NCBI GenBank assembly: GCA_964658305.1
Contig: OZ210884.1
Coordinates: 3,844,001 to 3,908,000 of the forward strand
From: Leptogorgia sarmentosa
Lineage: Eukaryota
Direction: 5' to 3'
DNA: 64,000 nt
Under the pieces are notes generated by a model that worked only from the letters and a program-made list of their open reading frames with translations, was not told the DNA's origin and ran no database searches. The position numbers and the translations under genes were made by a program. This document shows, piece by piece, positions 41,301 through 53,382 of the stretch (within the stretch, counting starts at the first letter, position 1; the number at the start of each line of letters is the position of its first letter).

Positions 41301-44300
41301 ACCGGAAATGAAACACTTTGCAGTGGTAAACTAAATAAACTTGTTAACAAGACGTTCTCCCAATTGTGGAATAAAGATAAAAATGTAGAAAGATGAAAAA
41401 ATTATGTGGACATTAACTGTTGTATATGTTTATTAGATATCGATGAATGTTCTCTTTCTCTTGACAACTGTCACGACAACGCCATTTGCAACAACACTGA
41501 CGGATCTTTCGTTTGCACTTGTGACACTGGATACACTGGAAATGGAATTCTTTGCAGTGGTAAACAAGTCTATTTATAAAAGGCCGTCCCTTAAAAATAA
41601 GGATAATTCAGAGTTTTAATGAAAAAAGAGGTATAACCTAAGAAAATTGTTGTGAAAGTTTTGTCAAATATTTCCAGATATCGATGAATGTTCCCTCTTT
41701 CTTGACAACTGTCACGAAAATGCCATTTGCAGCAATACTAATGGATCTTTTTTGTGCACTTGTGACATTGGATACAATGGAAATGGAACTGCTTGCGAAG
41801 GTAAATTGGTGGCGAACGGTAATTTGATTCCCCAGGAGACCAAGTACGTAGTCATTTGGGTGCAAAATGAAACTCTATTTCAATTTTCAAACTCATTGCG
41901 TGTGAGTGACCGCTGCTAATTCATATTCCACGGCCAGTATAATTTCGCAATAATGTCCATTATTTCTCGCCATGAAATATCACACTCGTTTAATACACGC
42001 AAACAACAAGTAGCTAAACTTTTCATTAAATTCTCGATAAACTCCACATATAGTCTAAAAAAGAACTAATAGAACTAATTATAGTAGTCACATGTTGTTA
42101 TTTCAATTTTTTTTTAAGAAAATGTGATTAATTCTTCATATATACTTCAATGAAGATGGTAATTGTATATGTTTAGATATCGATGAATGTTCCCTTTCTC
42201 TTGATAACTGTCACGATAACGCCATTTGCAAAAACACTCATGGATCTTTCTTGTGCACTTGTGACACTGGATACACTGGAAATGGGACTTTTTGCAGAGG
42301 TAAACGAGAGGAACTAAACATTTTGAAGTTTCTTTACAGAAATTTTACGGAAATATTTGTAAAATAAAGATTTTGATAAAAAACATTTTCTAACCATTTT
42401 TAATAGATATTGATGAATGTTCAACAAATACTCACAATTGTGACAATAATGCTATCTGTATCAATAAGAATGGATCCTTCACTTGTGATTGTAAATACGG
42501 ATATACTGGAGATGGACTATCGTGTCAAGGTTAGTGAATGTCTGTTTTATGTCTAATGTTTGTTTGTTTTTAGTTATCTTGTTGCTCTTTGTTTTCGTTC
42601 TCATTTCAACACGATGTTTTCTATTTCCTACATACAGGTATGCAGCTTGAGCGATGATCTATATATTGCACTTTATTTCTTTAGTTCTTTGAACTGAGTG
42701 CCACTATTCTTCACAGAGGGCATGCCCTCTGGGAAGATTTAAACTCAACAGTATCGCAAACGCCATTTCCTGCATTTGTGTGGAAGGTTTCACAGTATTT
42801 TGAAGCCCATAAAACGGCGCAGGTGTAAAAAAATTTAGAATCTGGTGCGTTACAACGGAATACAATACAGATAGTTGAAGATGATCGAACTTACCTCGGC
42901 CGAAAAATTAATATCGACAAACTTTTTGGGTTTTCCCATGAAAACAGGGATAAGAATTAACGCATGTGTTTCTGCGGCTCAGTGAGTATATGGCTCGCTC
43001 AATTTCTCCACCGGACAATATGCTAAGTAACTCTAAAAAGATTTTCAAAAGGACGTTAAACAATATTTTTCAGTAGGCCCAAAAAAATTTTAAGGTAGGC
43101 CCAACAAACTCCAGGGTAGGCGCTGGCCCATCTTGGCCCACCCTTGGGCCGGCCCTGATACAAATTTTAAAAGGCAAAAGCACAAATGAAGAACAAAATT
43201 CTAAACAATATGACCTCTAAATCTTTCACAATGGTGTTCAATAAAAATAATGAAATAATTGTAGATTTAGAAATATTCCACCAGCTAATGGTAGTGGTCA
43301 CCATGGCCTCGCCTCACCATATCGTACTCTACTCTGAGGTCTTTCTCTTTATATAGGTCCTCCAATCGTATATGTGACACCAACTAATGTAACAGCTGTT
43401 GAAAACACGTACAGTAATACTGTTTTGTCTTGTAACTGTGGGTGCTCAATCCGACCGTATTGGTTCAAAAACAGTCAGTTGATTCATTTCAACAAAAGTC
43501 AGTCCCAGTACACTTTGTTGGCAAATGGAAGCTTGCATATCAACATTTCCAGAGTTGCATCCGGGCACTACAGTTGTGAAGTGAGATGGATGGATAGAAC
43601 ACATTATTGGAGTGTGAGGTCAGAGCAAGTTCGGCTTGAAGTATGGTGTAAGTATGATAATTTTCTTTTTCTAATAACCGTCATATAATTACTCCGCCTA
43701 GATTAATGGATACGCTGAAATTTGTCGGCGAAATAGAGTAGTAAACGAACGAACAATTTGAAAACGGAAACCAAACTTGTTTGAATATTTTTGCTCACCA
43801 TAAAAAAAATCTCCTCCCGCAATTTGACGGAAAATTTCCCCCTTCAACACCCGAATAATCCTCGAAAACACGTTTGTGTTAAAAAAAAGCTTTTTTAATT
43901 GACAAAGCCACTTCACAATTCCACCAAAAGATCTTTCTGGCAGTAGCTATATAGGGTAAACTTCGGCTTTTAGCAGTGCATTTTCTAATAATTCTTTTGT
44001 GATTCCAGATTTAGATGATTGTTATGTAACAGGTGATCAGCAGGTTTATGAAGGACAAAATATAAGCTTGAAATGCAATGGAACAGGATACCCTATTCCT
44101 ACATTTGCATGGTACTTGGGTGGACGTCAACTGAAGATCAATCCTCGGATAAATATAAATGAAAATCAGTTGAATATTTTAAATGCTACCGCAATGGACG
44201 AAGGGGAATACGCATGCGTTGCTATTAATCGAGCCGGCCAGGTGTCGTATAAAGTCGACGTTGACGTAGAAGGTGGGCGGGTGGCTTTTATGATAGTGTT

Positions 44301-47300
44301 ATCATTTTGAGAATTAATGGTTCTAATTTTCCGTTGATGATTTGTTGACTACTCCAAAAAGTATACTGTCTGCCTCTTGAGGAATAAAAATAAGTAAATA
44401 TCGAGCATAACTCATGCCGCTTGCTTAAAATTAGAAGATACGACGTACGTCAGCAGTTATTTTTTGGTGATCTTTGCTAATAAATCCACAACCCGAATAA
44501 GAAGATAAATTAATCATGTACACATGCAAAAATAACTCGAATATGTTAAGAACATGAAAATACAGAGTAATCAAGTATAGTATAAAATAATTGACGTTGT
44601 AAACAAGCCAAACATGGCCCTTAATCTATCATGCATGTGAAATTTTATTATCTTTCATCAGATGTTCCTTCCATTCAAATGTTGGCAAATGTCCCAAAGT
44701 ATATTGTTGAAGGAACAGCTGTTCGATTCACATGTCGATGGATGAATTTGTCTTATATCGGTCTGATTTCAAAGATGCAACTAGTGAAAGATGGACGCTC
44801 TTTTTATCAGTGGTCAGAGCTCAAATTGGTTGGTTATACATTTACGACACTGTTTCGCGCGGCGGTAAGCCACACAGGAAGATACCAATGCAAAGGAACA
44901 ATTGGTGCCGCGTCACGTTATTCTTCACCCTTCTCTCTGGTAGTTGGCAGTAAGTGCAGTTATTCCATCACCTGTGATGTCATACGAAAATGCTATTTTA
45001 TAGATTAGCCGTATAATTATTAAAAAATATAAACGTTCTCTGACTAAAATTTAATTAAAACGAGCTTTCGACTATACCTAACTGTAGTCTTCGACGGGTA
45101 AAGTGGAATAGGTAGTCGAAAGCTCGTTTTTAAATAAATTTTAGTCACTCGGAGAACGTTTATATTTTTTAATTATGCATGTCTAAACCTGGCTACGCTA
45201 TCTCCATATTTTCTCGTATAATTATTATTCAAATGTTTTTTCACAACTGATAGAAAGTAGAGCTATAGGCTTATAGCTAAAGCAAAAGTATTTTCTACGC
45301 CAATAAAAAGTAAAAATGCATATACGTAGCTGCATGCAATTCTCTAACTGTATATAGAGAAACGATGGTAAACCGTCGAACTATCACTTCCGCACCCAGG
45401 AGTTCGTTCGTTTAAGGCAACAAACAGTTTGATATCAGATGCATGATTATTTTTGATATAGTACCATCAGGACCTGTTGTGTTAGAGAAAAAAAAAGAAA
45501 CCAGTACAACCGGAATAAAACTTTCATGGAAACCTATCTCAAAGACGTTTTGGAATGGAGAGCAAGTGGAGTTTATAGTTAATGTTTCTTCAATGGATCC
45601 GATTTGGCAAAAATCTTATATAACGAAAGCAACCAATGCAATAATATCAAGTCTACGTCCAGCAACTAGATACACTGTTAGTATTACAGGAAACACAGTT
45701 TTTGGTCCATTTCAAAATTCTGCCGTTGCTGTGTTGGAGACTAAAGAAAGTAAGTCAAGTAATCCAAAGTCTACTGTTTTGGTCAAGGATACAGTTACAG
45801 ATTAATGATGGCCTCCTTAACTGTCATATATGTTTTTGAAATCTCAATTATTCAAAGCGAATTTGATTGAAACACCTAGCTACGTAATTCCATAAAAGAT
45901 GAAATCATTAACGATCTTACGTCTCGTTATGAAATTTCTTATTATTGCAGATAAAAACAGCATGAAATTCCAGCTACGAATACGATTAACAAACTATGAA
46001 TTTTCGAAAAGCTCACTGGACCCAACTTCTACTCAGTATAAGAACCTGAAATCTAAACTGGAGTATTCGGTACGCCAAAACACTTATTTTTTCGTTTTCT
46101 TCTTATTCTAATATAATATTTTCTTCTTATATTTAATTTATTATGAGTAATTATGATTTATGATGACAGTTGAGTGAAATTCTGTGTTTTAAGCTTGACG
46201 ATATCTTTCAAAAATCTGACATCAATTTTCTATACATCGGCTCAACTGTTTCCGGATTTGCGTAAGTAAATGTTATTAATAACTATTCTTATAATATTCT
46301 GAAATCAAATTTGGCATTAATTCATGGGTATTTGTACAAAGCTGTGAAAAATGATTTTTACTCGTTCTCATATTATATAGAGAAGGAAGTGTTGTGGTAT
46401 TGGCTGTTCTGTCCTTAGACACCAAATTTAAAAGCTCCTCCTCATCAAAACTTGCCCAAGAAATAAACCAAGCTGACACAATTGCTGGATACAGATTTGA
46501 CAAGTCTTACACAAAAGAAGAAGGTATATTATATTAACATTTTTGTCTCATAGTTCAAAACTGGAAACGATGGTTAATCAAGATGACAACTCAAGAGAGG
46601 TGACTATTTCACACGCAAAGATCTTCAACGACATATAGGTTTACCGATGCATGAAAAGAAACTTACGCTTATAATTTCATTTAGCTAGTAAACACCAGCA
46701 TTCATAGATGTAGATTTCAATAACTACTCCGTTTACCAGCGTATTCGAAATAAATATATATATATTACTGCATGCGTATTATAGATTTTGATGAATGTCA
46801 GAATGCTGATTTTAATACCTGCCACGAATACGCACATTGTGAAAATGATGTGGGAACTTACATTTGTAAATGTTTTGATGGTTTCTTTGGTGACGGTGAA
46901 GAATGTCAAGGTAGAACGAATTTATTGATCTTTATGGTTAAATCAATGAGTGTAAATCACTGATAATGAAAAAAAAACGAGATTCCAGAAACACTTGAAG
47001 TATATAGGCCTACTTTTTTACAGGTCCTCCTCAAATTACAACAAAATCACCAGCAACTATTACCCAGGTCGTTGAAAAAAACGTGACTCTAGTTTGCGAA
47101 GTGATTGCTGATCCTAACCCCACAATTACTTGGAGACGTTTTGATCCTCATGGCAAATATGATGTAATCAAACGCACAGTTGACAAGGTTGATGGGAATT
47201 ATACGATTTACAATGCACGTTTAAACGACTCTGGAAAATATGTATGTAATGTGTCGAACAAGCTTGGCTACGATTTCTACATCACAGAAATAACAATAAA

Positions 47301-50300
47301 ACCAGGTATAAAAAAGCTACTGTTGTCCATTGTGCATATACCATTAGCAATAACATCAATGAGCTTGTCATGTACAAAAACCTAAATAAATGCAAATACT
47401 TTTTTTCTGCAGAGATTGTTAACATAAGTGTTGAGATAAAGCTTTCCAACGAAACATTCAAGGAAGAATTGAACAATAAATCTTCTTCTGCCTATAAAGT
47501 TTTAGAAAAGGACGTGTATGTCGAGGTAATTTTATTTGTTTTGGAAAACTGAACAAATTGCCTTAGTCAACTTGCTGTATTTTTTTATAAACTGTGGTTA
47601 TAAACCGTCAACCGTGGTTATAAAATGTGGTTATAACCGTGGTTATAAACCGCGGTTATAAACCGTGGTCATAAACCGTGGTCATAAAGCGTGGTTAAGA
47701 ACTGTGGTTAAGAACCGTGGTTGGGAACCGTGGTTATAAACTGTGGTTATAAACCGTGGTACGAATGGGTGTTATCCTACTTTCCAGCAAAAAAACCATG
47801 GACTATACATAGTCCATCACCATACAACATCTCAATTCGAATTGGAATTCTTAAATTTCATGAATTCCTGGTCCCTATTTTTTAAGGCAGGCCTGTCTGT
47901 AATATTTTTTAATTTCATCTTATGCACTATCATTACTTTTCAGCTGTACAATTTTTTCAACAATACTCCTGGATTTAAAGACATAGAGATTCTTGGATTC
48001 GTGTAAGCAGTAAATTACACATATTTCACTTTCTAGGATCTACATTGTATACGATTTTAATGTTTTGCATTCATTAGCTTTCTCACATTCATAGTTTCAG
48101 TTTAAATCGAAAATTAGGCTACAGTATATTCTTATAAAATCACAACAGTCTGCAAGTGGATTTTGAAAATATCGTAGATAAAGTAGCTACCAAATTGATT
48201 TACGATCCTTCAGCATGCCAAATGATGAAGCTAAAAGAGTATACTACTAAAGTTAATGGACGATTGTTGACATATTACAAACTTCAGTGTTTTATCTTCG
48301 CTATAGTAAAGGAAGTGTAAAAGTAATATTTCGAGTCGTTATGAAAGTCCTAAAACCTTCAAAAGAAACAAACGATGTTGTTGCAGTAAAAGTTGGTCGG
48401 AAAATCAGTAAGCAATTAAAGACAGGTCGCATTGGCAATATCCTGGTTGTTCCTGAGGCTATACAGCTCAGAGGTAATATAACGTTAAGGGGTCCAGCCT
48501 CCCTCCTCCGCCACCTCCAAAAAAATGAATGAAAATTTACAAGGAACCGTTCACAGGCACTAAATTTCATATTTTATTATTTGAAATATTGTCTGGAAAA
48601 ACTTAGCCAAACTTCATCTCTTTGTTCAAGTAAATGCAGACTTGTGCAAGGTGAAGGCACAAGCATCCATCCAACTTTCATCCATTCACCATTTGCATCC
48701 ATCTTGCAACACGATCGCTCGTTCGGCAAATAATTAAGGATATATTTTTTTCTTCAGCTGTTATTCTAAATCTCTTTGTTAAAATTTAGTTCCACCGCCT
48801 CCACCGGCCAACGTCACTTATTCAGATGTACGGGAAACAAGAGTACATGTCCGTTGGGATCCACCTGAACTCGATAAAATGTTCTCCATTAAACGATATT
48901 ACATCACCTATTTAAAGCAAGGAGAAAACGTATGGTTTAATAACACGATCAATGTTGACCAAGAAACTAATTTCCAACTGGATGACCTGGAAAGTGACAC
49001 GTTTTACACTCTGAAAATAGTTGCTGAGAATGACTATGGCCTTGGTAAAGAAAGCAGCGGAATGGAAATTAAAACTATGAAAGTTAAAGGTTAGTGGAGA
49101 TATCTAGATCGATAGCTAAAAAAAAAAAGTTCGAGTTTGCTTTGCGTAACAAATAATTTATAATGGTATCACAATCTGCCTCAGTTTGTGTTATCTGCCT
49201 CGGCCTTTGGCTCTATGTTATTCAATAATTGTTTAATAATATTTTTTTTTCTCGAAAAAATCATCTGAATAATAAAATATTCACCTCAAACTTGGTGAGT
49301 ATCGGTGCAAACCAATTCCATCTGAATGAATAAATTTGAAAATCGTTATATTTATTGCTCATGATTCTCTTATTTTAGTTATTTCACCATGGTATTGGAT
49401 TGCTCCAATCATTGCCGTTGCTTGCATTTTGTTAGTGTTGGCTATTATCTTTTTGGTGAGACGAGTTTTGCTCAGTCGTGCTTGGAGACTTCCAGACATA
49501 AATCACGACTCCAGAAAAATGGAACAAAAGGTAAATTTTTTTTTACATTGAATATAATATTAAACAACATCGTCGAAAGGTGACACAAAGGATAAAGGTG
49601 TGAGGAACTCACAATTTTTAAGCAAAGGTATTTTTTGATTTAGCATCCTGGTCCAAATAGTAACATTAAAGCCATGCTTCTTTGTTGTGCCGAATTTGGC
49701 ATTGACTTCCAAGGAGTTATGCATCTTTGTATTTAGCGGGAGGGCTAGGCTAGCTATCGAAGTGAAATTGTGAGATATACAGTACTGTGCAAAAGTTATC
49801 GGCACCTCGTGAAAAAGCATTTGACGCCATCTTATTGTAAACTTATCGTATAAGTTTACAATAAGTTTACAATAAGGTGGCGTCAAATGCTTTTTCACGA
49901 GGTGCCTATAACTTTTGCATCGTATAAGTTTACAATAAGATGGCGTCAAATTGCTTTTTCACGAGGTGCCTATAACGTTTGCATCGTATAAGTTTACAAT
50001 AAGATGGCGTCAAATGCTTATTCACGAGGTGTCTATAACTTTTGCACAGTACTGTATATTGTGAAAGATGGATATATTGACATGGCACAGATATGTAAGA
50101 TTGCTTTATGAATACCAATTTTAGGTGTTGACCATATTCTAAGTTGCATTAAATTATCCACCTGTTTAATTTTTCTCAAATTATTTTTAAGACGTCGACT
50201 TTCCAGATGATAACAAGACGAAGGCACAATAAAAATTCGAATGAAAACTTGGTATTCAGTTCAGGCACTCATAAAAGCCGAGCATGGACAGAATTTGCAA

Positions 50301-53300
50301 GAGCGTCGGTTCAAATATCCAACAATACATTGGTTTCAGGAGAATTCGGGACGACAAAAATTGTAAAAGGGAATCTTACATTTTCTCTTGGAAATATACA
50401 AAGAGAGTGTTCTGTCAAAATGCTGAAAGGTAAAGTTTTAGTTTTTAACTACACAGCTATATTGAACACTTGTTCAAAGGCACAGAGGAAAACAACATTA
50501 GTATGCCCACAATTAGTATGCCTACAATAAACGGTCAGATTTCGAAGCTTTATAATTTTGTTTTGTACTCTTTTTCCCCTTTCCATAGATAAGAACTGTT
50601 TAATCAAGTATCGAAGCCTGTCATGAATTAAGGCACTCTGCAAAAATTAAATCATTAATTATTGGACGATAACCTCCCTCCTCTACCTCACCCCCCCCCC
50701 CCCCCCCACTTATTGGTAATGCCGTTGCGCACTGGCATTGTTGTTTTAGTGGTATAACCGATGTTCAATGTCCAGTCATGTGTTGAATCTTGTAAAACAG
50801 AAAAGCTGCGGTCAGGTGTAAGATGGCCGACAACAACATTTTCTTTGATTGTTCATTATTTTCATTAAACCCTATTAACTTGCATGAATATCAGTGATAC
50901 CATGCACTCAAACTACAATGCTCTGAATTACTAATATTACTAATATCCATTTACGATCATGCATATGACTTAATGCAATTTCCTCCTTCAGAAAAAACTA
51001 CACTGAATGACCCCAAGGACCTAATGAATGAATTGACCATTATTTCTGCAATACCCTCTCATGAAAATGTTGTTAATTTAATTGGTGCCTGCACCAGCGA
51101 CGACGGTGGGTAATATATTCATTTTTTACTTGATGTGAGCTCCACGTTGCATTGCATCTGCACCTCACTCAACTGAACCTTCCACGATAAGGATTGATAT
51201 ATTTTTAATAACACATTAAAAATCTATTAATTAAGAAATATCTCGAGCACTAAACGTATTTATTAACTCCACTATTCTTATCATCAAAACAAGCACAATG
51301 TCACGGTGTCAACAATATTTCAGTGTTATTAGACACCCTATGCAGGTTTAGCATTAATATTTTTCACATCGATCTTTGAACAATGTTGGTAACAAAACAT
51401 TGCTCAATCCCATTGTACTGTTTGCGCAATATTTTTGACTGTTTACTGCCATCTGAAATGTCATAACCTACACCCTGCAATGATCGATGAAAATGGAATT
51501 ATAAAGCTAAAGGGTTTCGTTTTACGAAACTTGTTGTTTTTAGGCCCTCTACTGTTAGTGTTTGAGTTCTGCGCTAAAGGTACTCTCGAAAGTAACCTGG
51601 AAGAAAGCGAGAAGAATAAGAATTTGTTCACGAAGAAGACTAAGATTGGTTTAGCGAGCGAAATTGCAACAGGAATGAGACATCTTGCTGATGCAAGGGT
51701 AAAGATATTGTATAATATATTGTGTGGTATTCCGTTAAGGTGGCAGTGACAACGTCAACCTTGAAAAATATTTTATAAAATCAGTCTATAATGAGCTTCT
51801 CTCATAACCAAATTCGTTATTCTCTTTGCTTTAAGATTGTTCACCGGGATTTAGCGGCAAGAAATATTCTTTTGACAGAGAACTATACCCCTAAAATTTC
51901 CAATTTTGGTCTTTCACGTGACATTTATGAGCAGGGTTCGTACTACAATTGTAAACCGGTAAGTTCAAACTCCGTAACTTCGTACCACTAGAGTTGTTTC
52001 ATCTGCATCCACGACTTATTAACTGCAAATGAATTTGTACAATGTTTATCATCAATAATTTATCAATCTTTTGCGAAGAATTTCTCATCGACGGAAGTAT
52101 ATGGTAATCTGGAATTTTCAGGCTTCCGCCGTGCCGGGTTGATAATTAAACCAAATGATTTACCCTCCAGCACGGCGTTTTCTTAGCAACTTAATTTGAG
52201 ATTTACAAGCCATTTTTTATGTTTCCAGGAAAGCACATTGTCTCGATGGTCAGCTATCGAAGCATTGACTGATGGGTTGTACACCACCAAGAGTGATGTG
52301 TAAGTTATGTATTTTCAAAATATGCTTTCCCTCTGCGTTTTGTTTTCGTGCGAGGTGTCTTAGGTTTCTTGGGCATTACTGCAAGTATTAGCCTTGCTGG
52401 TACAGGAATGAAGCGGGTTAAGTAGTAAATTGCAATGATTTTAGTGATTTAAATGTAGTTTTATTGATAAAACACCTTGTCTTCACTAAAATAATTCAGT
52501 TATCATCAAGCGTTCGGAATATTCGACTGTCTTCTTGTTATTTTACAAGCTTCTCTTTTCTTCATGTCAATAATGTGCACTATTATCAGACCTAATCCAT
52601 TTGTTGTATTATCAGTGACATCTCTTAGCTATTTTTATTGACATATTTTATGAAGCTGGTCCTTTGCAATAGTAATGTGGGAAATTGAAACCGAAGGTTA
52701 GTATATAAGCAATTTGCATTAATAGCTGATAAATACAGTAACAGCTGACCCAAATATTCCCTTGATAATATTGAAAACAATACTGGTATGGTGTGCGGTA
52801 TTTACAGAGACAGCATGGTAAGCCCTCTCATCCCCCCCCCCCCCCCCCACCCTATACAGGAGAAAGCATTGTAAAACCCATGCATTCAGTTTATAAAGTG
52901 CCTTTATCACTCTTTAACAATAATTGCATGCGGCTCGCAGCTTCGCAGCTTTGATCGATACAAAAGCTTTAAAATTTGATAAAATGCCTCCTGCGTTTGC
53001 AACGTGTCAATTCGTCAGGAAACATTGAACAATCATTACGCCATATAGGTTGTCTTCCGTATGCAGACGTTGACACCACAGATCTTGTCGGTCAAATTAA
53101 CAAAGGACATCGCCTATTTAAGCCAGAAGAAACTGCAGATGATATGTAAGTACCATCTTACTAATAAATTTGGTCCAGGTAGGCATTGGCGCGCGAACGT
53201 TACAAAAACCTTTTTAGTTGTTCATTTAGTTCGTGTCCATTATACGTATACATATTAAATCACATTTTTGTCTACTCAGGTATAAACTGATGCTTCAGTG

Positions 53301-53382
53301 TTGGGATGCAAATCCAGAAATTCGGCCAACATTTCATGAAATTGCAGACATTTTGGAGAGTCAAAACGACAAGGTGCCTTGA
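17280..53382 (+). CDS. Giant multi-exon receptor tyrosine kinase-like gene: SP - ~41 EGF - Ig x3 - FN3 - SEA - EGF - Ig - SEA - FN3 - TM - tyrosine kinase (~2,900 aa)
   Basis: Phase-compatible GT-AG exons: 17280-17349 (signal peptide); 29988-30128; 40 cbEGF exons 30249-42529; Ig 43357-43647, 44009-44272, 44662-44949; FN3 45462-45749; SEA 45951-46069/46194-46261/46381-46523; EGF 46785-46910; Ig 47024-47305; SEA 47413-47525/47944-48002/48307-48473; FN3 48790-49089; TM 49379-49530; kinase 50192-53382. The link of exon 1 to the rest is inferred. Alternative last exon 53478-53513. Confidence 0.8.
17398..17545. mobile_element. Possible isolated CACTA-type terminus
   Basis: CACTGTAAAAA followed by clustered TTGGT/ACCAA subterminal motifs; no partner end found. 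Confidence 0.4.
18360..18960 (+). pseudogene. Remnant of a DIRS/Ngaro-type tyrosine recombinase ORF, split by a MITE
   Basis: [13 protein letters not shown]...[10 protein letters not shown]...HSFRIGAA is the HxxR box of retroelement tyrosine recombinases. Truncated after the motif; the 5' boundary is approximate. Confidence 0.75.
18414..18793. mobile_element. MITE with ~40-bp TIRs
   Basis: ATAGGGACCTTAAGATCTACAACGCGACCAACTCGACGACG / CGTCGTCGAGTTGGTCGTGTTGTAGACCTTAAGGTCCCTAT. Confidence 0.92.
19496..19885. mobile_element. Non-autonomous TIR element (P-like CATAG terminus) with internal minus-strand tRNA-like cassette
   Basis: ~40-bp TIRs AGTTGTTATTTGCCGGTCACGGACACGTACGAGCTTTG. A box (19767-19777) and B box GGTTCGAATCC (19724-19734) on the minus strand, followed by a T-run. 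Confidence 0.8.
19893..20834 (+). mobile_element. Helentron-associated non-autonomous element (HINE/DINE-1-like)
   Basis: 5' subTIR TTGCTGCCG (19894) with local hairpin partner GGCAGCA; (GTCT)n at ~20014-20038; 3' subTIR CGGCAGCAA (20801); CTAG end at 20834; internal palindrome 20329-20393. The interrupted satellite monomer resumes right after it. Confidence 0.75.
20835..24520 (+). repeat. Satellite array A, ~91-94-bp monomer, ~39 copies (first monomer starts ~19427), with a local 279-bp trimer higher-order repeat
   Basis: Monomer TATACAGGATTTCTGTATATTTTGTATCTGC...TATCACTACCAAACTGCACATTTGACGAGTATTTCAMCATGGTTATA; the ORF track recurs every 94 and 279 bp. Confidence 0.97.
24545..28043 (-). repeat. 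Satellite array B, ~120-bp monomer, ~25 copies, homologous to array A but inverted
   Basis: Reverse complement contains TGACGAGTATTTCATCATGGTTATATATACAGGATTTCTGTATACTTTGTATCTGCAAGTACA, shared with array A, plus ~26 extra bp. Confidence 0.97.
26357..26871. mobile_element. Non-autonomous TIR element (~87-bp TIRs, 7-bp TSD ATATGTC, CA...TG ends; P-like) with tRNA-like cassette
   Basis: CACCCGTTGAACAAAGACC... / ...GGTCTTTGTTCAACGGCTG; TSD at 26350-26356 and 26872-26878; A box TAGCTCAAGTGG at 26537, B-box-like AGTTCAAGCCC at 26581, T6 at 26604. Confidence 0.9.
28531..28693. mobile_element. Palindromic non-autonomous element
   Basis: AACAATTATTGGAT...ATCCAATAATTGTT arms with a central GCTTCGC motif; decayed relative at ~49145-49240. 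Confidence 0.8.
29068..29203 (+). pseudogene. Frameshifted EGF-like exon upstream of the intact EGF array
   Basis: [23 protein letters not shown] hits TGA; the rest ([23 protein letters not shown], one Cys replaced by Arg) is in another frame. Acceptor at 29067, donor at 29204. Confidence 0.65.
30249..42529 (+). CDS. Array of 40 calcium-binding EGF exons (mostly 123 nt, phase 1-1)
   Basis: Each reads DIDEC.....NCH.NA.C.NT.GSF.C.C..GY.GNG..C between AG and GT; counted by eye from acceptors at 30249...42407. Confidence 0.93.
30620..37260 (+). repeat. Three near-identical 2,216-bp higher-order repeats, each containing 8 EGF exons and their introns
   Basis: Identical ORFs recur at 31580/33796/36012 and 32404/34620/36836; sub-units of 816+824+576 bp (3+3+2 exons). 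Confidence 0.96.
37370..38105. mobile_element. Non-autonomous element inserted in an EGF-array intron
   Basis: Expands a normally ~120-bp intron. Terminal hairpin GTACTGGAAAATATTTTGTC...GCCTTCGGC...GACAAAATATTTTCCAGTAC. Confidence 0.8.
40790..41080. repeat. Dispersed repeat, diverged inverted copy at ~55085-55340
   Basis: Shared segments such as TATAACCAGCGCAA and AATTTTCTCTTTGGCGT; similar spurious ORFs 40772-40972(-) and 55263-55451(+). Confidence 0.7.
45023..45214. mobile_element. Short inverted-repeat insertion with 13-bp flanking duplication, Penelope-like remnant
   Basis: CGTATAATTATTA at 45010-45022 and 45215-45227; ~55-bp inverted arms ending in GTCGAAAGCTCG, resembling a hammerhead-type core. 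Confidence 0.6.
47590..47762. repeat. 14-bp minisatellite (AACCGTGGTTATAA-like), ~12 copies
   Basis: Direct reading; quasi-palindromic unit. Confidence 0.9.
49780..50054. mobile_element. Tc1/mariner-type MITE with TA TSD
   Basis: TA|CAGTACTGTGCAAAAGTTAT ... ATAACTTTTGCACAGTACTG|TA; internal ~60-bp repeats in both orientations. Confidence 0.9.
50192..53382 (+). CDS. Tyrosine kinase domain exons (50192-50429, 50992-51105, 51544-51698, 51836-51958, 52229-52299, 52656-52696, 53049-53145, 53280-53382)
   Basis: [68 protein letters not shown]...P..RPTF; all introns are GT-AG and frame-consistent. Confidence 0.93.

Noticed and set aside
42685..42786. Possible additional exon (FFELSATIL...FVWK) between the EGF and Ig exons
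   Set aside because: Open only in phase 0, incompatible with the flanking phase-1 exons, and weak donor; left unannotated.
50691..52850. Poly-C/G tracts (also ~9743, ~25028, ~29524) as G-quadruplex regulators
   Set aside because: Simple homopolymers, common in such genomes and in MITE remnants, with unreliable lengths; no supporting evidence.
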